Assembly: GCA_030593225.1 (NCBI GenBank)
Contig: JAUVHP010000001.1
Location: 1-38,756, forward strand
From: an archaeon
GTDB taxonomy: Archaea > Nanobdellota > Nanobdellia > Pacearchaeales > GW2011-AR1
Length of the DNA: 38,756 bases
Reading direction: 5' to 3'
The notes below the pieces were generated by a model that saw only the letters and a list, made by a program, of their open reading frames with translations, was not told the origin of the DNA and did not search any database. Both the position numbers and the translations under genes were made by a program. Positions 6,831-13,912 of the stretch are shown here, piece by piece (within the stretch, counting starts at the first letter, position 1; every line of letters starts with the position of its first letter).

Positions 6831-9323
6831 TTATTCATTCTCCATCTCCTTCCTCTGTCTGTATTCTTCAATTCTTTTTTTGTTTGTTGGACATTCAGAG
6901 TTAAAACAAAAAAACCATGGGCGTTTGCCAAAACGTAAACTCATTAACATTGGGAAACCACATTCTTCACAAAGTTTTTCTGTTTTTTTGATTGTGCCTG
7001 GAGGAAGTGAGAAAGTTGTTTTGCAATTTGGATATGCGTCACACGCAATAAAATGTTTTCGTGTTTTTTTAGAGTAAGTTATTGCTAAATTTCCTTTTTT
7101 ACATTTTGGACACAGCACTAATTTATTTTCAATTTTTTGTTGTTCTCTTTGTTTAATATTTGCATTAAGTAATTCTTTTCCTATTTCTTTTTCATGTTTT
7201 TCAAAATCTTTTGCTATTTTTGTAATTGTTTTTTTTGCAGTGTCAATTACATTTTGTTTCTTTTTTTCTAAATCTTTTTTTGACTTGAGAATTCCTTGCA
7301 TTTTTTCTTCAAGATTTTTTGTTAATTTTTCATCTATTATAATTGGAGAGTGTTTTTCTAATGTATTTATTAGTGATATTCCAAGCGGAGTTGCTGTGAC
7401 TGATTTATCTTTTACATATCCTCTGTCGTACAATGTTTCAATAATTGACGAGCGTGTTGCTTTTGTTCCTAAATTTCTTTTTTCTAACTGCGAGATTATA
7501 GAGGCAGGGGAATATCTTTTTGGAGGTTGTGTTTCTTTTTTTTCTATTTTTTTTTCTATTATATTTACTTCCCCCTCTATATCTGGAATTTCATTTTCTT
7601 TTTGTTTTGTAGGATAAATTTCCATCCATGCTTTTTTTCTTATTGACATTCCTCTAGCATTAAAAATTAACTTTTCTTGAGTTATCACTTTCTCCCCTGT
7701 TTCTGATAATGAATTTTTTTGCCCCTCTCCCAGTCCTTTTTGCTGTGATAACTCTTTGTTTTTAATTTCAACTTCTACTGAAATTGTTTTATTATCAATA
7801 ATGGCATCATCACAAAATAAAGCTAGAAATCTTTTTACAATTAAGTTGTATATTTTTTCTTCGTTACCTGCAAAAATTCCTTCATTGCCTGTTGGATAAA
7901 TTGAAGGGTGTGCAGGGTCTGTTTTTTTACCTTCTATTGGTTTGTCTTTTGTGATTAGTTTTTGAACTTTGTATTTTTTTGCAAGTTTTTGTAAAATTGT
8001 TTTGTAATCTATTGATGAAGGTAATTTTTGTGAAGAGGTTCTGGGGTAAGAGATTGCTCCAGTTAAATAAAGTGATTGTGCTGCTTTGAGGGTATTTGAA
8101 GGAGTTATTCCGTAGAATTTGTAGGCCTCTGTTTGCAGTGTTGTTAAATTAAATGGGGGATTTGGTGGAAGAATTGTTTCTGATTTTTTTGTTTTTGCGG
8201 TTGCAGTTTTTCCAACAAGATTTTCAAATTTTTTTAATTCTTTTTCATTGAAAATATCTTTATTATGTTTAAGTTGAAGTTTATTTTTTTTATCTTCCAC
8301 AGTTATAAAAATTTGCCAATATGGAACTGATTTAAAATCTTGTATTTCTTTTTCTTTTTTTACAATTAAATTTAATGCTGGTCCTTGAACTCGTCCGATT
8401 GACATTATTCTGAATGTGCCTGTTGTTTTAATTGCGTTCATTAATGCTCGTGAAAGATTGATTCCATAAAACCAGTCAATATAATGACGAGCTTCTCCTG
8501 CTGAGGCCTGGCCCCATTCAAGATGTTTTAGTTTTTTTTCATAGGCCTTATTTAATTCATCTGGTGTAAGTGTTGAGAATTTCATTCTGCTTGCATCTTT
8601 TTGTCCGCAAATATATTTTACAATATTTGTTCCAATTACCTCGCCTTCTATATCAAAATCAGTTGCAACAGTTATACTTCCTGCGTTTTTTGCGAGTTTG
8701 ACTAATGTGTCATAATATCTTTTAGTGAAATCGTTTTTTCTTGCTAAATAATTTGGAACCCAACTAATGTCAAAAATTGGAATATGTGAGCCAGGAATGT
8801 TTTGTTTTAATGTGAACAAATGTCCTACTGCACATGCAACATATATTTTTTTGCCATTTTTATCTATTTCATAATATGGAACTTTTTGATGATTTTTTTG
8901 TGTAGGTTTTCCAAGTGCTTGTGCAATTTTCGAAGCTGCTTGAGGTTTTTCTGTAATTATTAGTTCATAGCCCTTATCTTTTAATTTTATTTTTGGAGGA
9001 ATATATTTTTTTTCTTTTGTTGTTGTTCTTTTTGAAATTCTTTTTTTTATAGTTCTTTTTTTTCTTGTTTTTCTTTTTGGATTTTCTATTTTTTCTAATT
9101 GTTTTTTAGTTGGTTTAGAATAAGTTTTTTCTACTGATTTTTTTAATATTTCTTCAATGGGTTGGGATTCTTTTATTGGAATCTCTCTTGATTTTTTTAA
9201 AATTTCTTCTTGTTGAGGTTTTCCTTTTTCTAATTTTTCTGTTGTTTTTCTTAAATTGCTTTCATCTACTGGAAAATAATTTTCAGAAGATTTTTCTTCT
9301 TTTGTTTTTTTTAGTTTTTTCAT
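6831..9323 (-). CDS. topA: DNA topoisomerase I (type IA) with Lys-rich N-terminal extension and C-terminal zinc ribbons
   Basis: Toprim region ELIITEKPQAASKIAQALG and DFDIEGEVIG. Active-site Tyr context GAISYPRTSS. C-terminal CPKC..C..C and CEEC..C..C zinc-finger motifs. Confidence 0.92.
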   Translation of the reverse strand: MKKLKKTKEEKSSENYFPVDESNLRKTTEKLEKGKPQQEEILKKSREIPIKESQPIEEILKKSVEKTYSKPTKKQLEKIENPKRKTRKKRTIKKRISKRTTTKEKKYIPPKIKLKDKGYELIITEKPQAASKIAQALGKPTQKNHQKVPYYEIDKNGKKIYVACAVGHLFTLKQNIPGSHIPIFDISWVPNYLARKNDFTKRYYDTLVKLAKNAGSITVATDFDIEGEVIGTNIVKYICGQKDASRMKFSTLTPDELNKAYEKKLKHLEWGQASAGEARHYIDWFYGINLSRALMNAIKTTGTFRIMSIGRVQGPALNLIVKKEKEIQDFKSVPYWQIFITVEDKKNKLQLKHNKDIFNEKELKKFENLVGKTATAKTKKSETILPPNPPFNLTTLQTEAYKFYGITPSNTLKAAQSLYLTGAISYPRTSSQKLPSSIDYKTILQKLAKKYKVQKLITKDKPIEGKKTDPAHPSIYPTGNEGIFAGNEEKIYNLIVKRFLALFCDDAIIDNKTISVEVEIKNKELSQQKGLGEGQKNSLSETGEKVITQEKLIFNARGMSIRKKAWMEIYPTKQKENEIPDIEGEVNIIEKKIEKKETQPPKRYSPASIISQLEKRNLGTKATRSSIIETLYDRGYVKDKSVTATPLGISLINTLEKHSPIIIDEKLTKNLEEKMQGILKSKKDLEKKKQNVIDTAKKTITKIAKDFEKHEKEIGKELLNANIKQREQQKIENKLVLCPKCKKGNLAITYSKKTRKHFIACDAYPNCKTTFSLPPGTIKKTEKLCEECGFPMLMSLRFGKRPWFFCFNSECPTNKKRIEEYRQRKEMENE

Positions 9324-9372
9324 TGCTTTTAAGAAGAACTTGGGTTTTTATTATTTTTCGTTAAATGAAAAA

Positions 9373-9987
9373 TTAAATCTCAAATATTGCAGGGTTTCTT
9401 CCAACATGAATTACTTTTGTTTTTCCAATTTGTTCTTGGACTCCTCCTGCTTCGTGAATGTGTGCGGAAATTAAAACATCTGGATGAAATTTATCAATTG
9501 CTTTTTTGACTGCTTTTGAGCCAGGAAATCCTGAGAATTCTGCCTTGCTTCCGTGGTGATGTGCATGAGTTACCATGATTTTCTTTTTTGAATCTTTTAT
9601 TGCTTTGTGTCCTTTTTTAAGTGTTTCAAATATTGTTTCGTCTTTTACCCAGAAGGGTCCTGTTACTGGTTCATAACCTGCTCCGAAAATTCCTATGTCA
9701 CCTTTTTTTATTGAGTAACCATGAATGTTTGTTGTTCCTGGATAAAGTTGTGCTAGAAAATCTGTTGTTGCGATTGTTTCGTGGTTTCCAGGAATTAGTA
9801 AAACTTCTTTTTTTGCTTTGATAAAAGGACCAATTAAATTTTTTGTTGATTTTTCAAAAAAAGTTATATCTCCTGCAAGAATTACCAAATCTATTTCTTC
9901 GTCTTTTGCTTTTTTTGCTAATTTTTTTACCAGGCCTGTGTCGCCGTGAATATCCCCTATTGCAAGAATTTTTATTTTCTTTTTCAT
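9373..9987 (-). CDS. Calcineurin-like metallophosphoesterase
   Basis: Motifs GDIHGD, GDITF, GNHE, THAHHHG and SAHIHE appear in the canonical order. Confidence 0.88.
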   Translation of the reverse strand: MKKKIKILAIGDIHGDTGLVKKLAKKAKDEEIDLVILAGDITFFEKSTKNLIGPFIKAKKEVLLIPGNHETIATTDFLAQLYPGTTNIHGYSIKKGDIGIFGAGYEPVTGPFWVKDETIFETLKKGHKAIKDSKKKIMVTHAHHHGSKAEFSGFPGSKAVKKAIDKFHPDVLISAHIHEAGGVQEQIGKTKVIHVGRNPAIFEI

Positions 9988-10212
9988 AATAGATTAAAAT
10001 AATAGTATGTTAAAAAGTTTTGCAAATTTTATTACTATAAACCAGTAAAAGTATTTTTCTATTAGCTAGTATTGTAAAATATACTTTGCAAAACATTTAT
10101 AAGTTAATTCTTTTCTGAATATATAGATTGAAATATATATCTAAACAAATAAAATGAAGGCAAAAATAAAATTTTTCAATGCATTCAAATTCCTACAAGG
10201 AAGTAAATTTAA

Positions 10213-10479
10213 ATGAAAGACAACTTTGATATCTTTTTTAGAAGAAAGCCAGCGCTGATGTTGGTTTCTTTGAAGAAGAGTACGCGGATGAGGTATGGTA
10301 GTCTTTTGGCTAAAGAAGTGGATTGCACTTATAGCCATGCTGTGAAAATTTTGCAGACTTTGGAAGAACTGAAGTTAGTTGTGTTTGAAAAAAAGGGGCG
10401 AATAAAGGTGATAAAACTAACTAAGAAAGGTCGAGAAGTTGCTGATGCAATTGAGAATATCCAGAGTTTAGTTAAGTAA
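10213..10479 (+). CDS. Small winged-helix transcriptional regulator (ArsR/MarR-like)
   Basis: 88 aa. RYGSLLAKEVDCTYSHAVKILQTLEELKLVVFEKKGRIKVIKLTKKG shows an HTH followed by a beta-wing pattern. Confidence 0.7.
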   Translation: MKDNFDIFFRRKPALMLVSLKKSTRMRYGSLLAKEVDCTYSHAVKILQTLEELKLVVFEKKGRIKVIKLTKKGREVADAIENIQSLVK

Positions 10480-10571
10480 GAAAACCATTGCCCCTGAAAA
10501 TGATTGAATTGACTTAGTGGTAAGTGTGCTTTTTGTTTCTTTTTGGTTTATACTTCGTTATTTCCTTCCTT

Positions 10572-10587
10572 GTGTACTTGAGTACAC
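10572..10587. promoter_or_regulatory. Inverted repeat GTGTAC-ttga-GTACAC, preceded by ccttgtgta as at 21273 and 24172
   Basis: Read directly from the sequence. The half-site cYTTGTGTA recurs upstream of both cdc48 operons. Confidence 0.35.
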
Positions 10588-10621
10588 GGCGGAAGCAAAG
10601 TGCCTCGTCTAAACTTCCACC

Positions 10622-10672
10622 CAAGGGTGTACCCCGAAAAATTTTTTTCAAAGATTTTTACTAAGGGCAAAA
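10622..10672 (+). repeat. Copy A of a conserved 51-nt element (copy B at 24223-24273)
   Basis: The ungapped alignment has 44 of 51 identical bases: caagggtgtacYccgaaa..tttttt.caaa....tttactaagggcaaaa. Confidence 0.6.
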
Positions 10673-10770
10673 AATAAATCAAAAAATGGGGATTGGAAAT
10701 TAGAGAAGTGGGAAATATTAAATTTTTTTGAAATCAATGGTTTTTTAAATTATTTTTAGATAGAATTGTT

Positions 10771-10786
10771 AATGGCTTCGTAGCTC
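10771..10786 (+). repeat. Exact 16-nt duplicate of the tRNA-Lys 5' end plus 3 upstream nt (aatggcttcgtagctc)
   Basis: Identical to 10873-10888. It is followed by an unusually GC-rich 86-nt spacer. Confidence 0.7.
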
Positions 10787-10875
10787 TGCTCGGAACCACG
10801 CTCGGGATTGGCAAGAAGGTTTGTCCTTCGCGTAATTCCTCGGCCTGGTCTGACCAGTCTTCGTAGTCAACAAAT

Positions 10876-10950
10876 GGCTTCGTAGCTCAGCCTGGTCAGA
10901 GCATCAGACTCTTAATCTGGGTGTCGCGGGTTCAAATCCCGTCGAGGCCA
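10876..10950 (+). tRNA. tRNA-Lys(CUU): tRNA-Lys (anticodon CUU)
   Basis: Manual cloverleaf: acceptor ggcttcg/cgaggcc, D arm gctc-agcctggtc-agagc, anticodon stem tcaga/tctgg with loop ctCTTaa, T arm gcggg-ttcaaat-cccgt, discriminator a. No encoded CCA. Confidence 0.9.
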
Positions 10951-10962
10951 TTCATTTTTAAT

Positions 10963-11286
10963 ATGGTAATCAGATTTTGTCCTACGTGCAAAGGGATTTT
11001 AATTTTGGGAAAAGAAAAAGCAGTTTGTCATAGTTGTGGTTTTGTTCAATATTCTAAAGTGGTTTTATCTTCAAATGAAAAATTACCTGAAAAAGAAGAA
11101 ATTGGCGAGGGTGCTGTTAAAGGGGAAAATGTTTTTGCGACTTATGAACATAAATGTAAAAATTGTGGGTATGATAAGGCACAAGTTATTGATTGCGGTA
11201 TTTTTTATTCTGATGAAGATAATTTGATTTTTTTAAAATGCGGTAAATGTGGAACTTCAGAACGAGTTGGTGATAAGGCTTTGTGA
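10963..11286 (+). CDS. TFS/RPB9-like double zinc-ribbon paralogue with altered catalytic loop
   Basis: N-terminal ribbon CPTC..CHSC. C-terminal ribbon CKNC..CGKC with IFYSDEDN in place of the canonical QTRSADEP. The ATG at 10963 was chosen because the tracked ORF start at 10921 lies inside the tRNA. Confidence 0.75.
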   Translation: MVIRFCPTCKGILILGKEKAVCHSCGFVQYSKVVLSSNEKLPEKEEIGEGAVKGENVFATYEHKCKNCGYDKAQVIDCGIFYSDEDNLIFLKCGKCGTSERVGDKAL

Positions 11287-11303
11287 AATTTTAATAAATT
11301 TTT

Positions 11304-11609
11304 TTAACTATAATCTCTCCAAGTTTCTTCGCATTTTATACACTTAAAGAATTTTGTTGGTGCCTCGTCTGAAGAACGTGTTTGTTGCATCCAAAAATAT
11401 GCTTTTTTATGTGAACATTTTGGACATTCTTCATCTACTATTGGGTGAATGTCTATTTTTTTTGAAATTATTGGGATTTCTTTTCTTTCGTTTATTTTTT
11501 CTATTATTTTAATATCTGCTTTTTCTTTGGAAGTATAATTGCATCTTGGACAACCTGCGTTTTTTGTTTTTTGTACTAGAATCGCTCCGCACTTTGGACA
11601 GAATAACAT
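11304..11609 (-). CDS. tfs: Transcription factor S (transcript cleavage factor)
   Basis: MLFCPKCGAIL..CPRC N-terminal ribbon. CPKC..QQTRSSDEAPTKFFKCIKC C-terminal ribbon with the acidic loop. A TATA-like tttttaaa lies about 21 nt upstream of the ATG at 11609. The longer tracked ORF to 11684 is a spurious extension. Confidence 0.9.
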   Translation of the reverse strand: MLFCPKCGAILVQKTKNAGCPRCNYTSKEKADIKIIEKINERKEIPIISKKIDIHPIVDEECPKCSHKKAYFWMQQTRSSDEAPTKFFKCIKCEETWRDYS

Positions 11610-11611
11610 AT
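11593..11611. repeat. Left attachment-site core (19 nt, tttggacagaataacatat), spanning the tfs start codon
   Basis: Identical to 20274-20292. The extended 64-nt homology 11581-11644 versus 20262-20325 has 50 of 64 identical bases, ungapped. Confidence 0.75.
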
Positions 11612-11653
11612 TGAACCTTAATAATGCGGATTTAAAAAACTTACGAAAAAAAG

Positions 11654-11812
11654 ATGGAAACAAAAAAACAAACCCAAAACCCAAAATTCAAATTTTACAG
11701 CAAAGGCGATAGAATCTATTATAAGAATTTCAATTTTAACGATGATTTTAACGAAGGTTTGCCCTATGCTGAGGAATTAATTAAAGAGGTGTTGGAAAGT
11801 GGCAAGAGATAG
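11654..11812 (+). CDS. Small hypothetical protein (52 aa) of the element
   Basis: Hand-translated ATG ORF METKKQTQNPKFKFYSKGDRIYYKNF.. that is below the ORF-track cutoff. No motif. Confidence 0.3.
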   Translation: METKKQTQNPKFKFYSKGDRIYYKNFNFNDDFNEGLPYAEELIKEVLESGKR

Positions 11813-11828
11813 CGTTAATGCCGTTAAA

Positions 11829-12020
11829 ATGGCTCATAAAAAAACAATCCTTGGGACTATTTCTAAACTTAGAAAGAAAAAACTAAGTTATTCTCAAATC
11901 GGTAGTAAATTAAGTTTAGACAAAGCCGCGGTTTACATGATTCATAAAAGAAAATGGTATCCAAAAATGCCCGATGTTGAGGGAAGAATTCTTGCAAGAA
12001 TTCAGGAGTTGAGAAAATGA
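11829..12020 (+). CDS. Small HTH DNA-binding protein
   Basis: LSYSQIGSKLSLDKAAVYMIHKRK is helix-turn-helix-like. The ATG at 11829 lies inside tracked ORF 11799..12020. Confidence 0.55.
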   Translation: MAHKKTILGTISKLRKKKLSYSQIGSKLSLDKAAVYMIHKRKWYPKMPDVEGRILARIQELRK

Positions 12021-12199
12021 GTCTTGAAGAAAAACTTATCGTATGGAAAGGGTATTATTCTGAAAAATATCATAAAAAATATTGTGCTAAAATTCCTGAA
12101 TCTAAATTTTTAGAGCTTTGGAAGAAATTTAAAAATTTTAAGGGAAGTCAAAAATATTTTTATTTTAAATATATGAATCCACAAAAAATTTTAGAATGA
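12017..12199 (+). CDS. Hypothetical protein (60 aa)
   Basis: ATGA overlap with the preceding gene. Confidence 0.45.
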   Translation: MSLEEKLIVWKGYYSEKYHKKYCAKIPESKFLELWKKFKNFKGSQKYFYFKYMNPQKILE

Positions 12200-12509
12200 A
12201 AATGAAAAAACTCTATTGTGAACTTAGTCCTTTTCAAAGATTTCTAAAATTAATAATTAACACAGAAACTAAAAAAATCGACTTAGTAACTGGAGTTAGT
12301 ATTTTGCTGAGAAGATAAAATATATTAATCGAAATTAGCGGTTAGATATTCAAATAGACTACAAATAACAAACTTACAATAGCGACGCTAATAATAAGTT
12401 TTATTAAAAATTTGATTAAAAATAATATCTTCTTAAATAAATAAATTAAGTTCGTAAGTTTAGGCTTAATTTTTCAATAGTACTAAGTCGAGTTACTAAC
12501 TCAAAAAAA

Positions 12510-12821
12510 ATGGGAAAACCAAAAAAAGATTACACAAAAACAATTAATTTCGGCAGGGTTGGAAGTCCTGCAAGAATACTTGTAGAAATGTATATTAAAG
12601 AAAATGGAAACAATAAACTTTCTAAATTAATGCAAGAATTAATTATAATTTATCTCTCAGATGACCCAAAATTTAAAGGTTGGAAAAAAGAAAAAATGAT
12701 TTTTGAAAAAAAGAAATTGGGCGAAGAAATTGTTGAGAAAGTAAAACAGCGAGAGGATTTAGATAAAAGATTTATAAAAAAATTTGGGAAAGCAGAATTC
12801 GCAAAAGCGTTTTATTCATAA
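12510..12821 (+). CDS. Hypothetical protein (103 aa)
   Basis: ORF with a charged, helical-looking sequence. It follows the AT-rich repeat-flanked region. Confidence 0.55.
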   Translation: MGKPKKDYTKTINFGRVGSPARILVEMYIKENGNNKLSKLMQELIIIYLSDDPKFKGWKKEKMIFEKKKLGEEIVEKVKQREDLDKRFIKKFGKAEFAKAFYS

Positions 12822-12845
12822 TAATTAAATTTAATGGAGGTAAAA

Positions 12846-12950
12846 ATGACAGAAGATATAACAAAAAGGTTTGAAGAACTTGAAGCAAGAGTTAAAGCTC
12901 TTGAAGAAAAGAAAGTCGAAGAACCATCAACCGCACCTGCAGTTGAGTAG
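12846..12950 (+). CDS. Small coiled-coil-like protein (34 aa)
   Basis: GGAGG lies 6 nt upstream of the ATG. Sequence MTEDITKRFEELEARVKALEEKKVEEPSTAPAVE. Confidence 0.35.
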   Translation: MTEDITKRFEELEARVKALEEKKVEEPSTAPAVE

Positions 12951-13027
12951 GGTTTTTCGCAATTTATTTTTATTATTTTATTATTTTATAGAAGACAACT
13001 TAATTAAATCAAACAGGAGGAAAAACA

Positions 13028-13276
13028 ATGGAAAGAAAACAAACACCCTTTAGATATGATGAATCCCTAGAGAAAGATATTGATGAATGTAAAAAGTGTC
13101 AAAGATGGGGAAGTAAGAAAAATCAGGCAATTATTCATGCCGTTCAAATTGCGGCACAAATCATTCGAGCATCAAAACCTAAAAAAGAAAGTAATGGATA
13201 TAGTGATTATTATAATGTTAAAGAAGCAATTGAAAAGAAGTTTAAGGTTAAAGTTGAATTGGATAGTGGATATTAA
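13028..13276 (+). CDS. Hypothetical protein (82 aa)
   Basis: AGGAGG lies upstream of the ATG. No motif. Confidence 0.5.
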   Translation: MERKQTPFRYDESLEKDIDECKKCQRWGSKKNQAIIHAVQIAAQIIRASKPKKESNGYSDYYNVKEAIEKKFKVKVELDSGY

Positions 13277-13287
13277 ATTTATTGCAA

Positions 13288-13520
13288 GATGATATCACGT
13301 TGCATGATCTAAAAAGTGATATCATTGTTCCTGGACCTGCAATAATGATATCAAAACACGATCGTGAAAAGATATCAAATTTATCTGCAGACAAAAAAGA
13401 TATCACTTCTGATCTAAAGTGATATCAAAGTGGCCGTAAAAAAAGATATCATCTGTTCCAGGAACAATGATATCAAAAGAAGATCATGAAATGATATCAG
13501 CTCCAGGTCACGATATCACA
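13288..13520. repeat. Array of ten GATATCA (mostly TGATATCA) iterons
   Basis: GATATC starts at 13291, 13318, 13347, 13371, 13399, 13421, 13445, 13469, 13493 and 13512, giving spacings of 19-29 nt. The array lies in the gap between convergent gene modules. Confidence 0.85.
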
Positions 13521-13527
13521 TTAGATT

Positions 13528-13782
13528 CTAAATTATAAAATTATATAATTTTTTTTGATAAGGAGAAATAACTTTTTTATCAGGTTGAATTTTATAATAT
13601 TTTGTAAGCTCCAAAAAAAAGTATGCTCCTGCTCCAATAAATGAAGAATAAAAAACAGCTCCTAAATTTTGAATTCCACTAAGCTGTAACGCGGTTAATG
13701 TTGAAAAAAAAGTAAATCCCCATGTGCAAAAAGCTTTAATCCCAATTGTTCTCCAAAATATTTTTTCTTCTTTACTTAACAT
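13528..13782 (-). CDS. Small membrane protein (84 aa)
   Basis: Two hydrophobic segments. The internal ATG at 13782 is preferred because it overlaps the end of the upstream small ORF. Confidence 0.55.
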   Translation of the reverse strand: MLSKEEKIFWRTIGIKAFCTWGFTFFSTLTALQLSGIQNLGAVFYSSFIGAGAYFFLELTKYYKIQPDKKVISPYQKKLYNFII

Positions 13783-13912
13783 TTTTCTTTCCCATCTCCG
13801 CTTTAATTTCAGCCTCACTAACATTCAACCTTTTCTTTAAAACCTCTAAGGTTGCTTCTATACGCTTGTTTTTCCCTCGCTGTTCTTTTGAAATCAGATT
13901 TTTTATTCTCAT
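13772..13912 (-). CDS. Small basic protein (46 aa)
   Basis: Hand-translated MRIKNLISKEQRGKNKRIEATLEVLKKRLNVSEAEIKAEMGKKNVK. ATGA overlap with the upstream fibre-like gene. Confidence 0.4.
   Translation of the reverse strand: MRIKNLISKEQRGKNKRIEATLEVLKKRLNVSEAEIKAEMGKKNVK

Noticed and set aside
7240-7617. Antisense ORFs inside long genes: 7240..7617 and 9176..9364 in topA; 23583..23867, 24694..25212 and 26597..27082 in cdc48; 17981..18349 and 18052..18261; 4190..4522; 5181..5363; 9621..9821; 29362..29619; 35743..35964
   Set aside because: These are low-complexity Phe/Leu/Ser-rich translations typical of the reverse strand of AT-rich, Lys/Glu-rich genes. All are fully embedded in ORFs with strong motif support.
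6831-9323. Possible intein in topA or in the cdc48 genes, given the presence of a LAGLIDADG enzyme in the window
   Set aside because: The lengths and motif spacing of these proteins are normal. No Cys/Ser..HN splice-junction blocks or LAGLIDADG motifs occur inside them. The endonuclease is free-standing on the opposite strand of nre.
10921-10962. Tracked ORF start at 10921 for the TFS-like paralogue
   Set aside because: These codons lie inside the tRNA-Lys T-arm and acceptor. The ATG at 10963 gives the typical MxxxFCPxC start.
11610-11684. N-terminal 25-codon extension of the tfs ORF in the six-frame track (MGFGFVFLFPSFFRKFFKSALLRFN)
   Set aside because: The extension runs through the promoter/att region. 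TFS proteins start with the MxFCPxCG ribbon, and a TATA box sits about 21 nt upstream of the internal ATG at 11609.
12871-13292. Alternative-frame ORFs 12871..13053 and 13080..13292 in the provirus
   Set aside because: They overlap ORFs that have GGAGG-type ribosome-binding sites (12846..12950, 13028..13276), and they lack such signals themselves.
13288-13520. Regularly spaced repeats that could superficially suggest a CRISPR array
   Set aside because: The repeat unit is only 7-8 bp and palindromic, and the spacers are 12-22 nt and partly related to each other. There are no cas genes. Iteron or binding-site array is the better description.
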